A stretch of DNA of 64,000 bases from NCBI GenBank assembly GCA_964598145.1, contig CAZRAM010000003.1, positions 333,025 through 397,024 of the forward strand, in the 5' to 3' direction. How positions within the stretch are numbered: position 1 is the first letter of the stretch; the number at the start of each line of letters is the position of its first letter. The DNA is from an uncultured Pseudomonadales bacterium (GTDB lineage: Bacteria > Pseudomonadota > Gammaproteobacteria > Pseudomonadales > JAHEIH01). Shown piece after piece: positions 40,815 through 49,107 of this stretch. Both the position numbers and the translations under genes were made by a program. The notes beneath the pieces are model-generated. The model saw only the letters and a program-made list of their open reading frames with translations, was not told where the DNA came from and ran no database searches.

Positions 40815-42607
40815 TGAACCTGCAACAACAGGCCAATTTGGCGGTTCAGGCCCTACAGCAAGGTGCTTGGCCCCTCGCTATCGAGCACGCCAAATCGGCC
40901 TTGGCACAATCTCCACAGCACCCTGAGCTCTTGCATATATTAGCAATGGCGTTGCGCGGTGGTGGTTTTTTGTCTCAGGCCGAACAGGCTTTTCAGTACT
41001 GCTTACAGCTGAACCCCTCGCACACCATTGCTGCCGGTAATTACGCTAATTTACTGTATCAACAAGCCCGATACGTTGAGGCTGAACGCTATTATCGGCA
41101 AGCACTTGCTGGTGGCGAAAATAGCGATGCACGCAGAAATTTGGCCACGCTGTTAGGTTTAAAGCTTAAGCGATTTGATGAGGCCACGGCGCTGCTAGAG
41201 GGCTGTAATGCTGAAGCTGAGCGTTTGCTTGTCGCAGATATTAAACACGCAAAAGGAGAGGCCGCCGATGCCATGGAATTGGTTGAAGCGTTGATTGTCG
41301 AGAATGGTCTCTTGCCAGAACTGTTGTTAAGACGAGCGCGTCTGCAGCGCGATTTGGGTCAATCCGAAGAGGCATTGCAACAACTCCAATCCCACCAAGA
41401 AGTGTTTCAAGAAAGCAGTGATTACCGTTATATGCTGGGTTGCTTGTACTACGACTTGTCGCAATGGCAAGCCTCAGAAGGTCACTTGTTGACTGCCATA
41501 GAATCAGCACCAATGATGTTAGAAGCCCACCAAGCCCTCAATCAATTGTACTGGGAGCAACAACGGGACGAAGCGTTTTTGGGCAGCTACCGCCGTTTGA
41601 AACAGCGCGGGCAATACACGCCTGCGGTTCGCATGAATGAAGTGGCCACGCTGGTTCAAACCAAGCAATTGGACAGTGCGCGCGAGTTACTCAACGAAGG
41701 ATTTAAGGTAGATGGCGACTTAGCCGATTATCGACATGCACTGGGCGCGATCGAATCCCGAGAGTCTAATCTCGAGGCAGCCAAATACCACTTACAGCTA
41801 GCAGCCAATGCCGTGCCGGAAAATCATCGTTGGCAAGTGGACTTAGCCAGCGTGCTTATACAGCTCGGGGATTACCAGCATGCATTACAAAAGCTTGATC
41901 ACGCGGCGCAAAATGTCCCCGATAATCAGGAGATCTGGGCTTATAAAGGACTTTGTTGGCGTTTACTAGACGATCCAAAATTCCACTGGCTGTACGACGA
42001 GCGCTTGATCGACTATCGGCCCTTGCCCATTCCCGCGAGTTACGACAACACCGAGCACTTTTTTACCGAGCTTGCGCGTAGTCTTCGCAAATTGCATACG
42101 GCGAGCCGTCAACCGCTTGATCAAAGTGTCGCCGGCGGTACCCAATCCATGGGCAATTTGTTTGTTCAGCCCGATGCGGTGATTCAAGACTATCGTATGG
42201 CTTTGCAGCAGCGCATAAGTGATTTTCTTGCTGGGCTGCCTAGAAACGATAGCGAACATCCCTTTTACCGGCGCATGCGGCAGGGGTTTAGGTTCTCGGG
42301 TGCGTGGTCAGTGAGCTTGCACGGTGACGGTTACCATACCAATCACGTTCACCCTGAGGGTTGGTTGTCGGGACCCTGTTACGTCGAGGTGCCGTCCATC
42401 TGTAGCCAAGATGATCCAGAGCAGCAAGGCTGGGTTATTCTCGGTGAAACTTCCCTCAACCTAGGCGAGCGCGAACAGACCTTGCAAGCGCACTGCCCGC
42501 AGGTTGGCATGTCGTTACTTTTTCCCTCCTATATGTGGCATGGTACGCGACCATTTTCGTCGTCACAGCGACGGGTTACTGCCCCCATGGATGCCTTGCC
42601 TAACTAA
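40814..42607 (+). CDS. TPR-repeat protein with C-terminal 2OG-Fe(II) oxygenase-like domain (PF13759-like)
   Basis: 597 aa with no signal peptide. About 400 aa of TPR-like helical repeats precede YHTNHVHPEGWLSGPCYVEVP ... LLFPSYMWHGTRPF, which matches the NxHxHP..SG.YY / FPS..H pattern of that oxygenase family as I recall it. Confidence 0.7.
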   Translation: MNLQQQANLAVQALQQGAWPLAIEHAKSALAQSPQHPELLHILAMALRGGGFLSQAEQAFQYCLQLNPSHTIAAGNYANLLYQQARYVEAERYYRQALAGGENSDARRNLATLLGLKLKRFDEATALLEGCNAEAERLLVADIKHAKGEAADAMELVEALIVENGLLPELLLRRARLQRDLGQSEEALQQLQSHQEVFQESSDYRYMLGCLYYDLSQWQASEGHLLTAIESAPMMLEAHQALNQLYWEQQRDEAFLGSYRRLKQRGQYTPAVRMNEVATLVQTKQLDSARELLNEGFKVDGDLADYRHALGAIESRESNLEAAKYHLQLAANAVPENHRWQVDLASVLIQLGDYQHALQKLDHAAQNVPDNQEIWAYKGLCWRLLDDPKFHWLYDERLIDYRPLPIPASYDNTEHFFTELARSLRKLHTASRQPLDQSVAGGTQSMGNLFVQPDAVIQDYRMALQQRISDFLAGLPRNDSEHPFYRRMRQGFRFSGAWSVSLHGDGYHTNHVHPEGWLSGPCYVEVPSICSQDDPEQQGWVILGETSLNLGEREQTLQAHCPQVGMSLLFPSYMWHGTRPFSSSQRRVTAPMDALPN

Positions 42608-44064
42608 GCATCTCGTTCCGGTAAAAATGCTGGGTAGTGCTTGGCCCGGCCGATTGACTGATTATGTAGTGCCTGTCTGACTTGCCATACACTGGCGGTT
42701 TTAACTGTGTTGTTAAGAGTATGGAAACGAAGGCATGTGTCGTCCCAAGCTAGCCCCATTGCCCTTAGTATGGGAGTTATCGTCGCTTGTGGATCCTTTA
42801 CGAGAGCTTCGTAGCGCACACTGTAAACGTCCTCAGGATAGAACTTTTGCCAATGCTCCTTTAGCGCTTGGCAATATTCGGCATATTCGACGATATGCTG
42901 TGGGTTGCAGGCGTAATCCATGGCAGGTGCTAGCCGCTGTTGGTATATAGATAGTGCGTTATCTCTGAGATCGCGTTCAGTGATAACGATTTTTGCTTTG
43001 GGAAACAGCTGCTTAATTTTATGGATATGCCACAGGTTGTCAGGCCGCTTGTCTGTCACCCAGGGTTTATCGTTGGCCACGCGCGATATCTGCTGTAAGT
43101 ATTGCGAAACCGCTTGCTGTTGTTTGCTTGGGTTGAGGCCCTGCGCCAATTTTGGGAAAAGCGTGAGTTCTCCTCCCGCAGCAATGGCGGGGTGGGCGGC
43201 GAGCATTTGCTCTAATAGGGTTGAGCCCGAGCGGAACATGCCGCAGATAAACACGAGATTGTGTGCAGTACTGATAGCTTGATTGGTAACAGGTTGGATA
43301 GCCTCTTCAAAGCGCGCACGCCACAACTTTGGATTAAAGGCTCTATTGAATCGCGCGTTAAGCGCATTAGCCGCTTGAAATGTCTGCCAGGCCTCCACGT
43401 ATAGTTTGGAGGCTTCAAGCTGGTGGCCAATTTCATAGAGCATGTTGCAGTATTGGTCTGGGTCCGATTGGGTGCGAGCTAGGCAGTCTTTTAGTGTGGT
43501 CAGCATGGAGCCGTCGCGCTGCATGGCGGCGAGGCGTGTTAGGCCGGTTGGGTACTGTTTGTCGTCATGTGGAATCGATGACAGTAGCTGCTTGGCTTGT
43601 TCTTTTTCGCCTCTATCCTCGTACAGGTTGGCGAGATTAATGATGGCGGCAGCATACCCTGGAGCTAGTTCAACGGCTCGTTTGAAGGTTGCTTCGGCCA
43701 TGTCGTCGTCTAGGATTTCTTCGCGCTGTAAAATCGCGATATTGTTATAGGCCTCCGCGGGATGTTGCAGCCCCATATCGATGGATTGCTTGTAAAGAGA
43801 AATAGCTTGTTCAACTAATCCGGCTTTAGCGGCGTAGTAGGCTTTGTTGTAACAATTGTCAGGATCTTGGACTGAGAACAGTTCACTGGCCGCCTCGGGG
43901 GTTTGACTTCCTAGGTAAAGGTTGGCCAAGGCAATACGATATTGGTCCTTTTCCGGAAAATCAGCGATAAGCAATTTTAAACGCTCGATTGCGGTCGAAA
44001 TATCCCCCTGTTGATAGGCTTGCAGGGCTCTTTCGTAGCGTGAACGCTCTGAATCGGCTGGCAT
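42604..44064 (-). CDS. TPR-repeat protein with C-terminal PAPS-dependent sulfotransferase domain
   Basis: 486 aa with no signal peptide and N-terminal TPRs. The 5-prime-PSB loop is FICGMFRSGSTLLEQ and the 3-prime-PB region is ITERDLRDNALS. Its stop overlaps the oxygenase stop (convergent, 4 nt). Confidence 0.75.
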   Translation of the reverse strand: MPADSERSRYERALQAYQQGDISTAIERLKLLIADFPEKDQYRIALANLYLGSQTPEAASELFSVQDPDNCYNKAYYAAKAGLVEQAISLYKQSIDMGLQHPAEAYNNIAILQREEILDDDMAEATFKRAVELAPGYAAAIINLANLYEDRGEKEQAKQLLSSIPHDDKQYPTGLTRLAAMQRDGSMLTTLKDCLARTQSDPDQYCNMLYEIGHQLEASKLYVEAWQTFQAANALNARFNRAFNPKLWRARFEEAIQPVTNQAISTAHNLVFICGMFRSGSTLLEQMLAAHPAIAAGGELTLFPKLAQGLNPSKQQQAVSQYLQQISRVANDKPWVTDKRPDNLWHIHKIKQLFPKAKIVITERDLRDNALSIYQQRLAPAMDYACNPQHIVEYAEYCQALKEHWQKFYPEDVYSVRYEALVKDPQATITPILRAMGLAWDDTCLRFHTLNNTVKTASVWQVRQALHNQSIGRAKHYPAFLPERDA

Positions 44065-44080
44065 TCGGTTTCCTTATATT

Positions 44081-44092
44081 TTGTCGCGACAA
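44081..44092. promoter_or_regulatory. Perfect 12-bp palindrome TTGTCGCGACAA upstream of the sulfotransferase gene
   Basis: Seen at 44081-44092, 17 nt upstream of ATG 44064. Function unknown; possibly an operator. Confidence 0.3.
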
Positions 44093-44122
44093 AAAAAAAC
44101 AGCGGGCATGGCCCGCTGTTTT
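44091..44122 (-). terminator. Rho-independent terminator of the TonB-dependent receptor gene
   Basis: CAGCGGGC-ATG-GCCCGCTG is a perfect 8-bp GC-rich stem at 44100-44118. On the minus strand it is followed by nine U (plus-strand A9 at 44091-44099). T4 on the plus-strand side could make it bidirectional. Confidence 0.85.
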
Positions 44123-44136
44123 CGCTAACAGTAACC

Positions 44137-46953
44137 TTAGAAGCTGAAGGTTACGTTGGCGCTGACGTAACGACCCAGAGTGTCGTAGAAACCAGCGATG
44201 GTGTTAGCGTTAGATGACAAAGTACTGCCCACCATTGGAGGCTCTTTGTCCAGCAAGTTACGCACAGTACCAGAAACTTCAATGTTTTCACTTACGGTGT
44301 AAGCAGCATTCAAGTCAATGTAAGACTGTGAACCCAGGTTATCCTGAGCAATAACGTCGGTAGCGCCATCATAAGTCACGCCACCGAAGTAACGCCACTT
44401 GGCACCTACGCTGTAATCGCCTTTGGTGAAGTTAGTAGACAACATACCACGCCATTCGGGAGTGACGAAACAGCTAGTGCTGATCAAGCCCACACAGTCT
44501 TCGCGAGTGGTTTCGTCGCCGGGCAGAGTCAGAGTTTCTTTCTTCAGCATGTGTGAAGCAGAGAACTTAAAGCTCAGAGCGCCGCCAGCAAGTTCCATGG
44601 CGTAAGCTGCTGCCAAGTCGATACCTTCGTAGTTGATTTCACCCAAGTTCTGGTTGTTGCTTTCGATGTAGCCAGATGTACCACGCCACAGTGTGCCTGC
44701 AGTACCACGGTTAATCAGACCACAGAAGGTGGCGTTGTTGTTAACCGCACACTGCTCCAGAATGGTTTCTGCACCTACAGAGTCAATCGCGTCTTTCAGT
44801 TCGATGCTCCAGTAGTCAACCGAGAAGGTCAAGTTCTCGATAGGATCAACAACTACACCAAAGGTGAAGGTGTCTGCAACTTCGGGTTTCAGTTCAGTGT
44901 TACCACCGAATACGCCGTTGTACTGAGACGCGGGGCTTACATCGATGTTGCCGTATTGAGCGGCAGTCACACCTGTGCGAGCACACTGTTCAGCAGTGAA
45001 TACTGGGTTCGCGCCTGCACAGCCGTCAACACCGTTCCACAGACCCAAGTTAGAGGGTGCAAACATCTCGATTACTGAGGGTGAACGAATTGCACGGTTG
45101 ACACCGGTGCGGATACGCAGTGAATCCAAAGGCTCGTAGCTAAGTGCCACTTTGAAGGTATTGTGATTACCAGCCAATGAGTAGTCTGATGAACGAGCAC
45201 CGATCTCAGTGGTGAAGTTATCCAACACTGGAATCGCAGCTTCGAAGAACAAGTCGGTTACGTTATAAGCACCTTCAATGCTTGGAGTAGGACCACCTTG
45301 ACCTAACAGTGAACCGTCTTCATAAACAGAGTCCGCGTTGCGATCGAATTTAATATCACGACGTTCCATACCCGCAGCGATGCTGATAGTGCGGTCAGTA
45401 GTACCGAGGCTGTAACCAGTGTCACCGCTGACGAAACCTGAGAAGATTTCTTGGCTGATACCGGCGCCCAGGATCGCCACACCCGTTAACGAGTCAGCTT
45501 GCTCAGAAGTCACACCTTGGTAGGTGAATACATCGTAGGTAGCATTTTCCAGCGCTTCAGAAATCTTAGGCGCAAAGAAGTCGTTGATGTAGGTTGAGTA
45601 TGAGTTTACGCGACCTTTTTGGTAGTTAACATCGTAGTCCCAACCATCAGCCAACGTGCCTTCTACACCCAGCACCATGCGGAAGCTGTTGTTTTCCAGA
45701 ATGTTAGAACGTGGACCACCTTCAACGTTACGTTTACCGATGTAAGCACCGATAGTGCCGTTTTCATCGAAGCCTGGCGCTGAGAACAGTGACAGGAACT
45801 GTGCACGTTGTGCGTCGCTGAACAGATCTGAGCTCAGAGGAATTTCATACATTTCAGCATAGAACGTACCTGACTCAGCAATCTGTGCTTTAGTGCGGTA
45901 ATCCATGTAAGAGAATTCGCCGTAGATGCGAGTGTTGTCGTTGATAGCGTATTTAACATTACCACCGAAGGTCCATTTTTCATCGGGACGCATGAAGTGG
46001 TTAATAGGCGCGTAGTTATAAGTCTCACGGCCTGCTCCAGTGCGGGGAGCGAATGAGCTATCATCTTGCAGTGCAAACCAGCCTTCTTCGCCTGCAGGGT
46101 CGTAAACGCCGTCAACAACTGGTGCTAAGAAGAAGTTAGGTACAGGTGTAGTACTAGAACCGCCACACGCAGTACCGCCGCCGTTCAGTGCACACGAAGA
46201 GTAGTCTCGCGCTTCTTGACGCAGCTCACTACCTTTACGCCAAGTGGCGAACATGGTGGCATTACCTTTGCCTTCAGCGAAGTTGCTACCGATTAAGATG
46301 TCGATAGTGTCGGCTTGGCCATCTACACCGTTACCACCTTTGGGGTAATCGAAGCCGCGAGCATCCATCAAACCTTGGATGTAAGTGTTGTCGTTATCGT
46401 GCATGAAGCCCGAAGTACCCATGTTGATTTCAACACCTTCGAAATCTTCACGCAGTACGAAGTTAACAACACCCGCTACAGCGTCTGCACCGTACACGGT
46501 AGATGCACCACCGGTCAGTACTTCAACACGCTCGATCATTGAGGTAGGAATTTGGTTTACGTCAGCAGCGGCTGAGCTAAATGCACCACCGGGTGACATA
46601 CGACGGCCGTTGATCAGAACCAATGTACGGTTCGCACCCATACCACGCAGGTCAAGGGTAGCGTTACCAGAGGCACCGTTTGAAATGTAAGAGTTATCGC
46701 CAGCTTCCAACTGAGGCAAGCTGTTCAAGAAGTCTTCGATCTTGTTGATACCGGTCGCTTTAATTTCGAGTGCAGTTGAAACAGTAACAGGGCTCGCGCT
46801 TTCAAAACCATCGGTTTTAATGCGTGAACCAGTGACTACTACTTCTTCGAGATCAGCATCAGCAGCAATTGTGTGAGCGGCGGGCAGTACTGACAATGCA
46901 GCAGTTGTACCCATCGCAAACTTAATAGCCGTAGCTAGTTTGCTTTTTTTCAT
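44137..46953 (-). CDS. TonB-dependent outer-membrane receptor
   Basis: 938 aa with signal peptide MKKSKLATAIKFAMGTTAALSVLPAAHTIAA, TonB box/plug LEEVVVTGSRI, and a beta-barrel with alternating aromatic pattern. The terminal residues are NVTFSF. Confidence 0.92.
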   Translation of the reverse strand: MKKSKLATAIKFAMGTTAALSVLPAAHTIAADADLEEVVVTGSRIKTDGFESASPVTVSTALEIKATGINKIEDFLNSLPQLEAGDNSYISNGASGNATLDLRGMGANRTLVLINGRRMSPGGAFSSAAADVNQIPTSMIERVEVLTGGASTVYGADAVAGVVNFVLREDFEGVEINMGTSGFMHDNDNTYIQGLMDARGFDYPKGGNGVDGQADTIDILIGSNFAEGKGNATMFATWRKGSELRQEARDYSSCALNGGGTACGGSSTTPVPNFFLAPVVDGVYDPAGEEGWFALQDDSSFAPRTGAGRETYNYAPINHFMRPDEKWTFGGNVKYAINDNTRIYGEFSYMDYRTKAQIAESGTFYAEMYEIPLSSDLFSDAQRAQFLSLFSAPGFDENGTIGAYIGKRNVEGGPRSNILENNSFRMVLGVEGTLADGWDYDVNYQKGRVNSYSTYINDFFAPKISEALENATYDVFTYQGVTSEQADSLTGVAILGAGISQEIFSGFVSGDTGYSLGTTDRTISIAAGMERRDIKFDRNADSVYEDGSLLGQGGPTPSIEGAYNVTDLFFEAAIPVLDNFTTEIGARSSDYSLAGNHNTFKVALSYEPLDSLRIRTGVNRAIRSPSVIEMFAPSNLGLWNGVDGCAGANPVFTAEQCARTGVTAAQYGNIDVSPASQYNGVFGGNTELKPEVADTFTFGVVVDPIENLTFSVDYWSIELKDAIDSVGAETILEQCAVNNNATFCGLINRGTAGTLWRGTSGYIESNNQNLGEINYEGIDLAAAYAMELAGGALSFKFSASHMLKKETLTLPGDETTREDCVGLISTSCFVTPEWRGMLSTNFTKGDYSVGAKWRYFGGVTYDGATDVIAQDNLGSQSYIDLNAAYTVSENIEVSGTVRNLLDKEPPMVGSTLSSNANTIAGFYDTLGRYVSANVTFSF

Positions 46954-47100
46954 AGTATTCCCCTGTGAAATTTAATTAGTGCTGACAGCAATGCCAGCAT
47001 CGCAAGGAATCTATGTTATAAAGTCTGATCGCATACGGTTAAAATTAGCCAATGCTTATGTAAAACGATGATTTTTTGCGTTTTGTCAAAAAATGACCTG

Positions 47101-47131
47101 AAAAAAGACCGCCAAACCATTGTTTGGCGGT
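47101..47131 (-). terminator. Rho-independent terminator of serA
   Basis: ACCGCCAAA-CCATTG-TTTGGCGGT is a 9-bp stem at 47108-47131. On the minus strand it is followed by CUUUUUU (plus-strand AAAAAAG at 47101-47107). Confidence 0.8.
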
Positions 47132-47139
47132 GAACTTTT

Positions 47140-48372
47140 TTAGAAAAGTACGCGGCAACGCAGAGTGCCATCGATCTCTTTGAGGGCTTTCAGGGCGAGA
47201 TCGCTGTAATCAGAATCGATATCTAGTACCACGTAACCCACTTTGTCGGTGGTTTGCAGGTACTGACCGCTAATGTTGATATTGCTTTCAGAGAATACGC
47301 GGTTGATGGCCGCCATCACGCCGGGGATGTTGCGGTGAATGTGCAACAGACGGTGTGTGTTTTCATGGCCGGGCAGCGCCACTTCGGGGAAGTTAACCGA
47401 GGTGATGGTCATGCCGGTATCGCTGTACTTGGCCATTTTGTCGGCCACTTCCATGCCGATGTTCTCTTGCGCTTCCATGGTTGAACCGCCGATATGTGGT
47501 GTCAGGAAGGTGTTTTCGAACTTGCGCAGTGGCGAAATAAACTCATCTTCGTTCGACTTTGGCTCAACCGGGAATACGTCGATTGCCGCACCCGCGAGCT
47601 TCTTGCTTTCCAGTGCGTCGGCCAGGGCGTCGATGTCCACCACGGTACCGCGCGAGGCGTTGATGAAGATCGCTTTGTCCTTCATTTGTTCAAATTCGCG
47701 AGCGCCGATCATATTCTTGGTCGAGGCCAATTCAGGCACGTGCAGGCTGATGATATCGGATTGCTTCAGCAACTGGGGCAGGCTGCGAATTTGCATGGCG
47801 TTGCCCAGCGGTAATTTGTTGACCACGTCGAAAAATACCACGCGCATACCTAGCGATTCGGCCATGATGCTCAGCTGCATGCCGATGTTGCCGTAACCAA
47901 TAATGCCGAGGGTTTTACCACGGATCTCGTAGGAACCGGTGGCGGTTTTCTGCCATTCGCCGCGGTGAGCAGCGGCGCTCTTCTCGGCGATGCCGCGTAA
48001 CAACAAGATGGCTTCGGCTAATACCAGTTCGGCCACGGAGCGAGTGTTAGAGTAGGGCGCGTTAAACACCACCACACCGTGTTCGGTGGCGGCTTGCAGG
48101 TCGACCTGGTTAGTGCCAATACAAAAACAACCTACACCGATGAGTTTGCGCGCCTTGGCGAACACGTCCGCGGTGAGTTGGGTGCGAGAGCGAATACCCA
48201 CGAAATGTGCGTCCGCAATCGCGTTTTCCAATTCTTCACCACTCAAGGCTTTCTTGTGGTATTCGATATTGGTGTAACCGGCAGCGTTGAAGGTTTCAAT
48301 CGCCGAGGCGTGGACGCCTTCAAGAAGCAGGATTTTGATTTTGTCCTTGTGAAGTGAGGTAGTGAGCGGCAT
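47140..48372 (-). CDS. serA: D-3-phosphoglycerate dehydrogenase
   Basis: The ORF track gives 47140..48390 from a TTG. The ATG at 48372 gives MPLTTSLHKDKIKILLLEGVH. It looks collinear by eye with E. coli SerA as I recall it (GIIGYGNIG, HIGGST, C-terminal ACT domain). Confidence 0.93.
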   Translation of the reverse strand: MPLTTSLHKDKIKILLLEGVHASAIETFNAAGYTNIEYHKKALSGEELENAIADAHFVGIRSRTQLTADVFAKARKLIGVGCFCIGTNQVDLQAATEHGVVVFNAPYSNTRSVAELVLAEAILLLRGIAEKSAAAHRGEWQKTATGSYEIRGKTLGIIGYGNIGMQLSIMAESLGMRVVFFDVVNKLPLGNAMQIRSLPQLLKQSDIISLHVPELASTKNMIGAREFEQMKDKAIFINASRGTVVDIDALADALESKKLAGAAIDVFPVEPKSNEDEFISPLRKFENTFLTPHIGGSTMEAQENIGMEVADKMAKYSDTGMTITSVNFPEVALPGHENTHRLLHIHRNIPGVMAAINRVFSESNINISGQYLQTTDKVGYVVLDIDSDYSDLALKALKEIDGTLRCRVLF

Positions 48373-48472
48373 GCTTAACTCTCGCAGCAAAAAATAAAGT
48401 CGCGCATTCTACCACAGCGTGTAACCAATGCGTCATTTATCTGCTGATTTGCGACATTTATAGAGGAAATAT

Positions 48473-49102
48473 ATGCGCTCCAAACTGCCTAGACCTATTC
48501 CCAGCAAAATTGTCTGTATCGGCCGCAATTACGCCGAGCACGCTAAAGAGCTCAACAACCCCATTCCTACCTCACCACTGCTATTCATTAAGACCGCCAA
48601 TAGCGTGGTGCCCTTTGAAAAACCCATCGCGGTGCCTACCGCGCACGGTAGCTGCCACCACGAGCTGGAGATTGCCTTGTTGATGGGAGAGAAGGGGATC
48701 GCCGGTGTCGGTTTGGCCTTGGATCTCACCCTGCGCGACTTGCAAGATAAACTCAAAGCCAAGGGCCACCCTTGGGAAAAGGCTAAGGCTTTCGACGGCG
48801 CCTGCCCCTTGTCGGAGTTTGTGGCAGTGGATGAAGGGCTTCGCGGCGAGTTGGGTAACTTGAACCTCGAGCTGCGTCGTAACGGCGCCCAGCAACAGTG
48901 TGGCAACAGCTCGCAAATGCTGACACCGGTGCCCGCTCTGCTCGAGGAAATCGCCCAGTATTTTACCTTGCTGCCTGGCGACGTGGTGCTCACCGGCACC
49001 CCAGCAGGGGTGGGGCCGCTGTACTCCGGGGATGAACTGGAGGCCGTGTTGAGCACAGCCTCTGGAGAGGTGTTGTTGTCGCTAAAAACCCACGTGGTAT
49101 AG
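48473..49102 (+). CDS. Fumarylacetoacetate hydrolase family protein (YcgM-like)
   Basis: 209 aa with ICIGRNYAEHAKEL, HELEIA, and GDVVLTGTPAGVG. Confidence 0.8.
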   Translation: MRSKLPRPIPSKIVCIGRNYAEHAKELNNPIPTSPLLFIKTANSVVPFEKPIAVPTAHGSCHHELEIALLMGEKGIAGVGLALDLTLRDLQDKLKAKGHPWEKAKAFDGACPLSEFVAVDEGLRGELGNLNLELRRNGAQQQCGNSSQMLTPVPALLEEIAQYFTLLPGDVVLTGTPAGVGPLYSGDELEAVLSTASGEVLLSLKTHVV

Positions 49103-49107
49103 GGCGG

